From: a virus
Virus record (IMG/VR): IMGVR_UViG_3300046779_001269
Coordinates: 32,001-96,000 of that record
Direction: 5' to 3' (one strand)
Length of the DNA: 64,000 nucleotides
Positions 15,764 through 23,303 of the stretch are shown in pieces. The translations under genes and the position numbers were made by a program. Every line of letters begins with the position of its first letter. Positions within the stretch are counted from its first letter, which is position 1. The notes beneath the pieces were generated by a model. The model made no database searches. It had not been told where the DNA came from and worked only from the letters and a program-made list of their open reading frames with translations.

Positions 15764-15850
15764 TATTAACTCTACAAATTTTTAAAGAACAAGATGTGTA
15801 TTGTAACAGAATCAAAGAATCTGGCAACTACACTGTTGTTTTGAAACAAC
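15764..15850 (-). promoter_or_regulatory. promoter cassette: GTTG-N8-CAAC palindrome, TTGCCA-16-TACAAT, boxA-like leader
   Basis: Same architecture as 15097..15182. Confidence 0.65.
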
Positions 15851-15852
15851 AA

Positions 15853-15891
15853 ACAAAAAACCCTAGTAGATTTCTCTTACTAGGGTCTTGT
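15853..15891 (-). terminator. intrinsic terminator (candidate attenuator) upstream of the tRNA array
   Basis: ACCCTAGT-A-AGA-GAAA-TCT-ACTAGGGT followed by a T-rich tract. Confidence 0.85.
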
Positions 15892-15918
15892 GTTTGGAGT
15901 CTTTTTAGAACTTTTTTA

Positions 15919-16035
15919 TTATCCGTCCCATCCTTCATCTACACAAAACCCGAGCGACCATGAGCCATTATCGGCACTATTAATTGTGCGATACTCTGGC
16001 TGCAATGTAAAGGGTTTATGGGATATGAGAGACAC
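15919..16035 (-). CDS. candidate leader peptide, 38 aa, contains all 20 amino acids
   Basis: GTG start after AGAAAG; MSLISHKPFTLQPEYRTINSADNGSWSLGFCVDEGWDG, tandem TAA TAA; lies between promoter and terminator. Confidence 0.6.
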   Translation of the reverse strand: MSLISHKPFTLQPEYRTINSADNGSWSLGFCVDEGWDG

Positions 16036-16066
16036 TTTTTTCTTTCTAAAAATTAAATATGTTTGT

Positions 16067-16095
16067 ATTATATAGTAAACTTGGAGCCTTGGCAA
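16067..16095 (-). promoter_or_regulatory. sigma70 promoter TTGCCA-17-TATAAT for the leader
   Basis: Near-consensus match and spacing. Confidence 0.75.
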
Positions 16096-16119
16096 GCGGT
16101 TTTTAAAAATATTTTTTAA

Positions 16120-16623
16120 TTATTTCCACCTAATTGGCTCGGAAACCACGGGTAAATTTGGATTTTTGAAGCCGTGGAAGACTTCCCACAGACATTCTTG
16201 TACAGCAAACTTGGTCAAAAGACCTGATTCACGACCATGAGCATCTATTTCCCATGGATGTTCCCAATAATCTACCTTGTCAGAATCTATGCGTTTACCT
16301 CTCCACATGGACAGGTCATCATTCGTTTCGCCACAGATTAATTGTTTGACATGCACCATTTCATGTGCAAGTGTGGAGAGTATGGTGGATGCACCTAGAC
16401 CAGGATGGACCTCAATTAGAAACTGTCGAGGTTGATTTCTTGTATTGTAACCTTCCGCACCACATGAACCATAATTTTCCAACTTAGCATCAAAACGAAC
16501 AATCGTGGTACAATTATTTCTGATTCTGGAATTTGTTATCAATTCTTTGGCGAAAAATTCGGTTGCCCGTACAATGTAAGGCTTAAAGTATTTGTCAGGA
16601 CAGTTGTAGACTTTTACTTGCAT
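16120..16623 (-). CDS. zincin-like metallopeptidase
   Basis: LAHEMVHVKQ (HExxH) and PWEIDA. Confidence 0.75.
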   Translation of the reverse strand: MQVKVYNCPDKYFKPYIVRATEFFAKELITNSRIRNNCTTIVRFDAKLENYGSCGAEGYNTRNQPRQFLIEVHPGLGASTILSTLAHEMVHVKQLICGETNDDLSMWRGKRIDSDKVDYWEHPWEIDAHGRESGLLTKFAVQECLWEVFHGFKNPNLPVVSEPIRWK

Positions 16624-16631
16624 AAGCCTAT

Positions 16632-17063
16632 TTAGATTTGCTCTACTTTCACTCCTGCTTTTTCCAAGAATTGTATGCCAGCTTCACTACGGTAAGTGTT
16701 GCGATAGTAAACAGAATTGATACCAGATTGGTAAACCAATTTGGCACAGTCCAAACAAGGTGCGTGAGTAACGAACAAAGTAGAATCAAGGCCAGATTCG
16801 TTTGACTTTGCCAACTTAGCGATTGCATTTGTTTCAGCATGAAGTACCTCCGGTTTAGTTTCTAATATAACAACTCTTGTTTTGTCGGTCCATTCAGTTT
16901 CACAATTGTTGTCCCAACCGGATGGCATTCCATTGTATCCAATAGAAATAATGCGGTCATCTTTTACGATAACCGCACCAACTTGTAGTCGTCTGGCTGT
17001 AGAACATTCTGCGAATGTCTCAGCCATCTTCATATATGCATCACGAAATTTTTGTTTCATCAA
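16632..17063 (-). CDS. cd: dCMP deaminase
   Basis: IGYNG, HAETNA, PCLDC. Confidence 0.92.
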   Translation of the reverse strand: MMKQKFRDAYMKMAETFAECSTARRLQVGAVIVKDDRIISIGYNGMPSGWDNNCETEWTDKTRVVILETKPEVLHAETNAIAKLAKSNESGLDSTLFVTHAPCLDCAKLVYQSGINSVYYRNTYRSEAGIQFLEKAGVKVEQI

Positions 17064-17209
17064 TCAAAGTCTACTGGATAATAATCGTGTTTACCTACAC
17101 CACATTCTGGGCAACCAACTTCTTCTGGTAGCGATTGCCAATCAGATTCTTTCATTGTGTGACCACAAACGATACACACATAATCTCTTTCTTGATTTTG
17201 ATTTTCCAT
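17060..17209 (-). CDS. rubredoxin (49 aa)
   Basis: Not in ORF track: MENQNQERDYVCIVCGHTMKESDWQSLPEEVGCPECGVGKHDYYPVDFD; two CxxCG knuckles. Confidence 0.85.
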   Translation of the reverse strand: MENQNQERDYVCIVCGHTMKESDWQSLPEEVGCPECGVGKHDYYPVDFD

Positions 17210-17658
17210 TATTGTACCTCTTGTAACATTCTTTGATATGCTGTTGCGTGTCGTTCTTCAACTTTGGCCAATGCCGCAAAACGCTTTTCTGCCAACTCCA
17301 AAACTTTTCTGAATTGTTCAGCATGTTCTTTAGATTCATCAATCTGTTCCTGGAACTCAGTAACAGCAGTATGACCTTCTTGCGCTGCTTGTTCCTTAAA
17401 AGTAGGATACATGTGTGTGAACTCATGTGTCTCACCTTCGATAGCCAACTCCAAACACTTGCGTGTGTTTGGTTTACCAATCAACAATTCTAGGTGACCC
17501 CAGGCATGTTTGATTTCTTGGTCTGCTGTATGTTCAAAGTGTTTTGCAACTTCTTCGTAACCTTCTTCACGAGCCAACTTGGCAAAATAACGGTATTTGA
17601 TGTGTGCCATTGACTCACCTGCCAATGCACTCTCAAGGTTTTTAATTGTAACCGACAT
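17209..17658 (-). CDS. rbr: rubrerythrin-family di-iron protein
   Basis: NLESALAGES, YRYFA, QEIKHA, EGETHE, MYP, ESKEHA, VEERHA. Confidence 0.9.
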   Translation of the reverse strand: MSVTIKNLESALAGESMAHIKYRYFAKLAREEGYEEVAKHFEHTADQEIKHAWGHLELLIGKPNTRKCLELAIEGETHEFTHMYPTFKEQAAQEGHTAVTEFQEQIDESKEHAEQFRKVLELAEKRFAALAKVEERHATAYQRMLQEVQ

Positions 17659-17700
17659 AATTTCCTTTCAATAGTTAAGTAACCTCATGGATTACTTATC

Positions 17701-17757
17701 ATAGTATATCACTATTATGATAGAAAATCTAATTGAAAATTTCTATCATCGTAATAG
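17701..17757. promoter_or_regulatory. possible OxyR/LysR-type binding site upstream of rbr
   Basis: ATAG-N7-CTAT (17701-17715) and ATTG-N7-CTAT-N7-ATAG (17732-17757). Confidence 0.4.
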
Positions 17758-17758
17758 T

Positions 17759-17835
17759 TGGTGCGCCCACTAGGACTTGAACCTAGGACCAATGGATTAT
17801 GAGTCCACTGCTCTGACCAACTGAGCTATAGGCGC
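17759..17835 (-). tRNA. tRNA(CAT), probably Ile2 (lysidine type)
   Basis: Cloverleaf; GCAG..GACTCATAATC..TTGGTC resembles bacterial Ile2; CCA. Confidence 0.75.
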
Positions 17836-18392
17836 ATGAATGTTTCATATATGTTCTGTTGTTTGGTGATTGCCATATCAACAAAGGCAAGGTTGTCAAA
17901 CATTCGGTCATCATAGTATGCACGAATAGTTCCTTTTGTTGCCTGAACTGTCGCTTCTTTTTCACCATAACCAACTGTAACAACAGTCATACCATTTTTC
18001 TTGGCAATGTGTTGCATTACTTGGTTCTCAGATAGACATTGTGTGTAAAGTGTTCTGACACCTTTCATCATTGCCCATGTTGAACCACGAATGAATAGTT
18101 CTTGTCCTAGTCCTTGTCCACGATAATCTGGTGAAACAGTAAATCCCATTTCAGCTATATCACCATCTATTGAAACATGAACAGAAGCAACAACTTTATC
18201 TTTCTTCTCAACGATAAACCACATGTTCACAATACCAAAATCATAAAACGATTTGGTCAAATAATCTTGAACATTATCATCAGTAGCACTATAACCGAAC
18301 CTCAGGTATCGGTCGTGACCAACAATATCAGTCAAGAAATGGTCAAAGAGTTTACCTTCATCCGACTCATACATTATTTTGCGTGGAATCAT
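17826..18392 (-). CDS. GNAT-family acetyltransferase
   Basis: AEMGFTVSPDYRGQGLG, ENQVMQHIAKKNG. Confidence 0.88.
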   Translation of the reverse strand: MIPRKIMYESDEGKLFDHFLTDIVGHDRYLRFGYSATDDNVQDYLTKSFYDFGIVNMWFIVEKKDKVVASVHVSIDGDIAEMGFTVSPDYRGQGLGQELFIRGSTWAMMKGVRTLYTQCLSENQVMQHIAKKNGMTVVTVGYGEKEATVQATKGTIRAYYDDRMFDNLAFVDMAITKQQNIYETFMRL

Positions 18393-18577
18393 TTTACTTT
18401 TACCATCGAATCTTTGCGGAGGTAATACAACTGTTGTGTCCTGTCATGTGAAGGTTCATGCTTACATACGGCCAAAAACTCCACACCATCAATCTCTTTA
18501 GATTCCCAGTGAGGAAATGTATAGTAAATTTCTTTTGAAGAAATAACCTGCAATTTAATTGGATTAAGTTTTTTCAT
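18389..18577 (-). CDS. hypothetical protein
   Basis: Start MKKLNP just after promoter; ATGA overlap with GNAT. Confidence 0.65.
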   Translation of the reverse strand: MKKLNPIKLQVISSKEIYYTFPHWESKEIDGVEFLAVCKHEPSHDRTQQLYYLRKDSMVKVK

Positions 18578-18586
18578 AATGACACC

Positions 18587-18621
18587 ATTATACAATAAAA
18601 AAAGGGGTCTGTCAAGACCCC
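18587..18621 (-). promoter_or_regulatory. overlapping terminator (GGGGTC-TTGACA-GACCCC-T9) and sigma70 promoter TTGACA-17-TATAAT
   Basis: -35 hexamer is the hairpin loop; perfect consensus spacing. Confidence 0.8.
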
Positions 18622-18626
18622 TAGGA

Positions 18627-18710
18627 TTATCTACCTTTGATACCAGGACTTTGCCTGTATCGTTTGATGGCAGCAATCGCCTCTAGTATGTTAGAAAGAA
18701 ATTGCTTCAT
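18627..18710 (-). CDS. small ORF (27 aa) coupled to hsp20
   Basis: MKQFLSNILEAIAAIKRYRQSPGIKGR; ATGA overlap; ends just before terminator. Confidence 0.45.
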   Translation of the reverse strand: MKQFLSNILEAIAAIKRYRQSPGIKGR

Positions 18711-19138
18711 TTAACGGCAATTTTTTTGATAACATCTTGGGTCTTTACCAAGTTTTGCAACCAAATCTTCAGCATACCATTTGCCAATTCGGCATTATCA
18801 ATTTCAACTTTGTCGTTGATTTTGAATTCACGAGTGAAGTTACGGTTTGCAATACCTTTGAAAATGAAGTTCTCTGCTGGTTCTTCATCTTTAGCAACAC
18901 CTTTGACAACAAGTTTGTTACCTTCTAAAGTAACTTCAATGTCAGACTTTGCAAAACCTGCAACAGCCATTTCAATGACATATTTGTTTTCGTTTACTTG
19001 TTTGATGTTGTATGGGGGATACGACATTGCCTTTGTTGCTGTCTTTGACATTTCTTGGAGGTCTTTGAAAACCTCATCAAAGCCAATTGTGAAAGGGTCG
19101 AATTTACGGAAATCCAATGAAGGAAATAGTTGTGTCAT
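18707..19138 (-). CDS. hsp20: small heat shock protein Hsp20 (IbpA-like)
   Basis: SYPPYNI, IEMAVAGF, KGIANRNFTREF, AELANGMLKI. Confidence 0.95.
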   Translation of the reverse strand: MTQLFPSLDFRKFDPFTIGFDEVFKDLQEMSKTATKAMSYPPYNIKQVNENKYVIEMAVAGFAKSDIEVTLEGNKLVVKGVAKDEEPAENFIFKGIANRNFTREFKINDKVEIDNAELANGMLKIWLQNLVKTQDVIKKIAVK

Positions 19139-19290
19139 GCTTTTTCTCCTGTTAAAGCGAGTAAGTTAAAGTGGTACCCCGAAGGCATACCGATAAAGGC
19201 TGGTTACGGGTTCCAGCGTCACCCTATCGTTGTGACCGCTTTATACGCTCCTAAGGTAGGTGGAGACCTTTTCCCATCCCGATGGGACTG
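19139..19290 (-). promoter_or_regulatory. structured hsp20 5' leader with ROSE-like thermometer hairpin
   Basis: CTCGCT-TTAAC-AGGAG (19146-19161) pairs the SD; four upstream hairpins. Confidence 0.6.
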
Positions 19291-19292
19291 AG

Positions 19293-19321
19293 ATTATAAC
19301 AATATTTATATCACAAGTCAA
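19293..19321 (-). promoter_or_regulatory. sigma70 promoter TTGACT-17-TATAAT with nested late promoter TATAAATA (19303-19310)
   Basis: Both motifs seen directly. Confidence 0.7.
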
Positions 19322-19342
19322 GTATTTTGTGGTTTTTTACCA

Positions 19343-19585
19343 TTATTGATTGTTATGTGAAGCTCCATAACTTGGATGACGATAATCATTTATTCCAATA
19401 GAATCATCTTCCGGTTTCTTTTTGGTTGGTTTACTACCGGCTTTATCTCTCAAATCCAAAGCTTTAGCTGATACTGGATCAGACTTACGTAGTTTTTCCC
19501 TGTCTTCCAAATCCTGCATATGTCTACGGAATGCTTCTTTGTCGAAGCTTGCTTCGGCGACAAATTCTTTGAAACTTTTTGCCAT
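19343..19585 (-). CDS. hypothetical protein
   Basis: MAKSFKEFVAE N-terminus typical of small T4-like phage proteins. Confidence 0.65.
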   Translation of the reverse strand: MAKSFKEFVAEASFDKEAFRRHMQDLEDREKLRKSDPVSAKALDLRDKAGSKPTKKKPEDDSIGINDYRHPSYGASHNNQ

Positions 19586-19587
19586 TT

Positions 19588-19995
19588 TTATTCTTTCTTT
19601 ATCTTAGCTCCGATATTGTACTTGGGTACAAGTTGCCACTGGTCTTTCTCCTTGTGTGACAATATCTTAATTTGTGACAGGAAGATAGGTTCCGGTGTCT
19701 GGGTTTGTTCTTTGTTGACAATCTTCAACAGGCCCCAATCTTCCAATAGATTCACAATGGCATTTCTACGTGCCAAATCATTCTCTGTAATGTCGGTAGG
19801 TTTACCGTCTAATGCGAATAGTTCTTTGAAATGTACCACATAGTATTGTCCACGCTTGTGGAGAATGTGGCAAGATTGAAATAGTGTATTGTCCTTCTTG
19901 GATGCAACACCAATACGTGTTAATGTTTCACGCACTTTCAAAAAATCATCTTGTTCTTTCAATGTAACTTCTACTAAATCTTTAACATCAATCAT
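19588..19995 (-). CDS. regA: translational repressor RegA
   Basis: DFLKVRETLTRIGVA, QSCHILHKRG, VHFKELF. Confidence 0.96.
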   Translation of the reverse strand: MIDVKDLVEVTLKEQDDFLKVRETLTRIGVASKKDNTLFQSCHILHKRGQYYVVHFKELFALDGKPTDITENDLARRNAIVNLLEDWGLLKIVNKEQTQTPEPIFLSQIKILSHKEKDQWQLVPKYNIGAKIKKE

Positions 19996-20378
19996 TTCAC
20001 TCCGCCTTTGTCTGTTCTTTTTCTTATTTCAGCGATTTGTTCATCAGTAAGTATACGGAGTGCATCTCTTGCCTTTTGGTCAGAATAACCAAAAAAGAGT
20101 TTTACACACTCAATATCTTTATCCTTATTGGCTTTCTGCCACGGAGCAAACTTCCGTTTCATAGGCCTGATGGTATTTAGAAGATACTGATATTGCATGT
20201 CTTTATCAACACTTGGTATCTTGTTAACTTCATTTACATAAAGAACACAATCCATGTGATAGGACAATGCACGATTGACTACAAATGGAGTATAGTCTTT
20301 GTAGTCTGATTCGTCATGTAGAACAGATTTACCGGTCTGGAGAATAGACGGAATAATCTCTTTGAATAAATCTGGCAT
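19992..20378 (-). CDS. gp62: clamp loader small subunit gp62
   Basis: YTPFVVNRALS; between gp44 and regA. Confidence 0.9.
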   Translation of the reverse strand: MPDLFKEIIPSILQTGKSVLHDESDYKDYTPFVVNRALSYHMDCVLYVNEVNKIPSVDKDMQYQYLLNTIRPMKRKFAPWQKANKDKDIECVKLFFGYSDQKARDALRILTDEQIAEIRKRTDKGGVK

Positions 20379-21310
20379 TATTTGAACTCACATTCCACCA
20401 TAATTTCTGTGAGACAAGCAATCAAATTGATTTCATGGTCAGCCACAAATGCTGCTTGATATTGATACTTAGCAAGAATAAGAACCAATTGCGGAACAGA
20501 AACAGGTTTCAACTGTTCATACAGGCCATCATACAAACCACGGAAGATGCGTGACTGGTCATTGTCCAGGTTGTTTGTTACCCACTTACGGCAAGAAGCA
20601 AAGTCTTTGTCTTTAAGTGCCTTGAATAATTCACCTAACTGAACATCAGAAACTGCCGCAAGGATGCCTTTGTCAATAGTACCAGAAACGCTATAACGCT
20701 GCAACTCATTAAGAATCCTACGATTGTCAGGAAAATGTTTAGTGATGACCGCAGCGACCACTTCTTTGTCATAAGTAACACCCTCATCATTCAGTATACC
20801 ACAAACACGGTGGAAAAATTGTGATGCCATCTTGGCTTTAGAACCATTGGCCTTGAAGTCAATAACTGTGCATCTGGAATGCAATGGATCAATGATCCTG
20901 TTCTTGAAGTTACAGGTGAAGATGAATGAACAGTTTGATGCAAATTCTTCAATTCCTGCACGAAGGATCGCTTGTGCATTAGGTGTTAGATAGTCTGCCT
21001 CATCTAGGATGACAACCTTGCGACCGCCACTAAGAGACATTGAACTAGCATAGTTCTTAATCTTAACACGAACGGCGTCAACACCGTTTTCATCTGAACC
21101 GTTAATAATGATGTAATCGCAACCTACTTCTTCACACAATGCACGTGCAACTGTGGTCTTACCGACACCAGCTGTACCACACAGAAGTAGGTTGGGAATC
21201 TCTTTACGGTTTACAAATTCCTGAAATGTCTTTTTAAGTGCATCAGGAAGGATACAATCTTCAATAGTTTGGGGACGATACTTCTCTACCCACAACATGT
21301 GTTCGCTCAT
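20378..21310 (-). CDS. gp44: clamp loader ATPase gp44
   Basis: WVEKYRP, GTAGVGKTT, DEADYL, SRC. Confidence 0.96.
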   Translation of the reverse strand: MSEHMLWVEKYRPQTIEDCILPDALKKTFQEFVNRKEIPNLLLCGTAGVGKTTVARALCEEVGCDYIIINGSDENGVDAVRVKIKNYASSMSLSGGRKVVILDEADYLTPNAQAILRAGIEEFASNCSFIFTCNFKNRIIDPLHSRCTVIDFKANGSKAKMASQFFHRVCGILNDEGVTYDKEVVAAVITKHFPDNRRILNELQRYSVSGTIDKGILAAVSDVQLGELFKALKDKDFASCRKWVTNNLDNDQSRIFRGLYDGLYEQLKPVSVPQLVLILAKYQYQAAFVADHEINLIACLTEIMVECEFK

Positions 21311-21342
21311 TCAAATTCTCCATAATATAAAATAACATTGTA

Positions 21343-21690
21343 TCAGATTTTACGCCAAGTGTCATTCTCTTTGACGTATAGTTTACCATCAGGACCAGGT
21401 ACGATATTCACTTTAACATTTTTCTCTGTTCCTGGTTTGTATTGTGGACCAAATCCAATAACATAAGGATTGCCATTGATAGTGTATGATGGTTTAGGAA
21501 TTTCTTCACCATATGTTGCATGTAACTGCAAGACAGGTTTACCCTCAAGTTGTTTCTCCAACTCTGCTGTTGGCAACTCATCTTGTTTGTAGACAATTCT
21601 TTCTTTTGCCTCTTGGTATCCTTTGACACCAACACCAATTAGGCCAATAAGGCCTAATGTCTTTGCAAAACTTCTTCTGCCGGGATCCAT
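21343..21690 (-). CDS. hypothetical protein with twin-arginine-like N-terminus
   Basis: MDPGRRSFAKTLGLIGLIGVG. Confidence 0.65.
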   Translation of the reverse strand: MDPGRRSFAKTLGLIGLIGVGVKGYQEAKERIVYKQDELPTAELEKQLEGKPVLQLHATYGEEIPKPSYTINGNPYVIGFGPQYKPGTEKNVKVNIVPGPDGKLYVKENDTWRKI

Positions 21691-21965
21691 TACTTGACCT
21701 CTGACATACTTTCGTACAAGGCTTCAAACTCTTTTGATTCAGCAACTTCAGTTTGGAATGAATTGTTGAACTGAACTTTTGCCATGCGTTTGAGAATCTT
21801 CTTAGGAATTTTCAATTCGTCATATGCAACATTAACAATATCTGCCATTGCTTCTGTATTTGTTTTGTTACGGTTCATATACATGACCATTTCATCAATA
21901 TAACCTTTTAGTTGTTTGAGTTGGTCATCATCGAAAGAACCGAATAGTGTATTTACTTTAGTCAT
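21690..21965 (-). CDS. T4 DsbA-like dsDNA-binding protein
   Basis: Size and pattern LKIPKKILKRMAKV...F..E...FEALYE. Confidence 0.65.
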   Translation of the reverse strand: MTKVNTLFGSFDDDQLKQLKGYIDEMVMYMNRNKTNTEAMADIVNVAYDELKIPKKILKRMAKVQFNNSFQTEVAESKEFEALYESMSEVK

Positions 21966-21967
21966 AA

Positions 21968-22642
21968 TTAATTTCCAAACTTAGAATCTTTGGCTTCGAT
22001 TGCAATAAAGTATTGCATGTCACCAGTTTTGTTTTTGAATGATGCAAGACCAGCTTTTGAGATTTCAATCCCATAACTGTCAGGAATCATCTTGAAGTTT
22101 TCTGTCAAGAATACTGCCTTGAATGTCTTGTTTTCTTTATCGTCACCGAGTGTTGTTGTGTTTGTGTGTGCCGAATCATCTTTGGCATCAAATACTGTAA
22201 CAGAGACTTGTGTTCCGTCAGATTCAAATGCGATGTTAGGTGAACCCAATACAGCAGCATTCTTTAGAACTTGTGACAAATCTTCCTGTGACAAAGATAA
22301 AGAACCATCAACAGATGGCAACTTCAACTCTTTATCTGGTGGAGATACAATCATGTTCTTTGCGGTAGTACGATACTTGGTCTTTGAACGACCATTTTTG
22401 AAGATGATGTTGTTGTTATCAAAATCCAATTCAGTATCTTTACCAAGAGAATGTACTGACAAGAACTGATTCAAGTCATAGATACAAAAGTCTTGTGGGA
22501 AAGTATCTTTCAAAGTGGCCGTTGCGAGAACGGTCTTTGTCGAAGAAATGGTTTTAATTGTATTGCCTGCTTTGAATTCTAAACCAGAATTAATTCCAGC
22601 AAAGTTTTTCAGAACATTCAATGTTTCGTTAGATAGTTTCAT
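21968..22642 (-). CDS. gp45: sliding clamp gp45
   Basis: MKLSNETLNVLKNFAGIN, IYDLNQFL, YFIAIE. Confidence 0.95.
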   Translation of the reverse strand: MKLSNETLNVLKNFAGINSGLEFKAGNTIKTISSTKTVLATATLKDTFPQDFCIYDLNQFLSVHSLGKDTELDFDNNNIIFKNGRSKTKYRTTAKNMIVSPPDKELKLPSVDGSLSLSQEDLSQVLKNAAVLGSPNIAFESDGTQVSVTVFDAKDDSAHTNTTTLGDDKENKTFKAVFLTENFKMIPDSYGIEISKAGLASFKNKTGDMQYFIAIEAKDSKFGN

Positions 22643-22652
22643 AATATACTCC

Positions 22653-23303
22653 TTATTTCAATTCACTCATTATACTTGAACCATATGTGGTTGCAAGCTT
22701 TTTAATCAAATTATTTTTCAAATCTTCCAGACTTCCATTATTGTCGATGGTGTGGTCAATTCGGCCACCAACCCAACTCCATTCTGAAGGATGTATTCCA
22801 GATTTGTTCATAAAATCAATTGCTTTCAAGTCACCACGATGTGCCCTAGATGCAACATCATACCAATGTGGTTTAACACCTCTTTGTATTTCAATTAGGC
22901 AACCATTCATGTTATGTACAAATTCAATTTCATTTCGAAAACGAACATCCGTAATAACAAAATTTTCTTTTGGATTTTGTTCGATGTATTTTTTTAGTTT
23001 GATGACCCAAAAGTCATGGTGAAATACATTTCTACCAACTTCTGTGCCCATTAATTGTAGTGCTAGTCTTGGTGTGAATTCACGACCAAACTCTTTAGTC
23101 CAAAATGCATCTGGTTGTTCACGCCATTCACGGGATTTTTCTGTGTCACCTTCTAACAAGTGACGAGGCCAATCGAACATTTCAGCAGCAACATCCTTAA
23201 CACCTTTGGCAAAAGACACAGGAGTAAATCCCATGTCTTTTAGAATGTCACCTGCGGTGCCTTTACCTGAACCGATGAATCCAAGTAAACCAACAATCAT
23301 CAC
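22653..23303 (-). CDS. gp1: deoxynucleoside monophosphate kinase (gp1-like)
   Basis: GFIGSGKGT, PRLALQLMGTE, ITDVRFRNE, HPSE. Confidence 0.9.
   Translation of the reverse strand: MMIVGLLGFIGSGKGTAGDILKDMGFTPVSFAKGVKDVAAEMFDWPRHLLEGDTEKSREWREQPDAFWTKEFGREFTPRLALQLMGTEVGRNVFHHDFWVIKLKKYIEQNPKENFVITDVRFRNEIEFVHNMNGCLIEIQRGVKPHWYDVASRAHRGDLKAIDFMNKSGIHPSEWSWVGGRIDHTIDNNGSLEDLKNNLIKKLATTYGSSIMSELK

Noticed and set aside
15890-16075. Plus-strand 61-aa ORF over the leader
   Set aside because: Promoter, RBS and terminator all point to the minus strand; treated as a shadow ORF.
17060-17209. Apparent frameshift in rubredoxin
   Set aside because: Re-reading gives GGT CAC ACA ATG in one continuous frame; the gene is intact.
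9762-17835. Stop-codon reassignment or suppressor tRNA
   Set aside because: No CTA, TTA or TCA anticodon was found and core genes are intact in the standard code.
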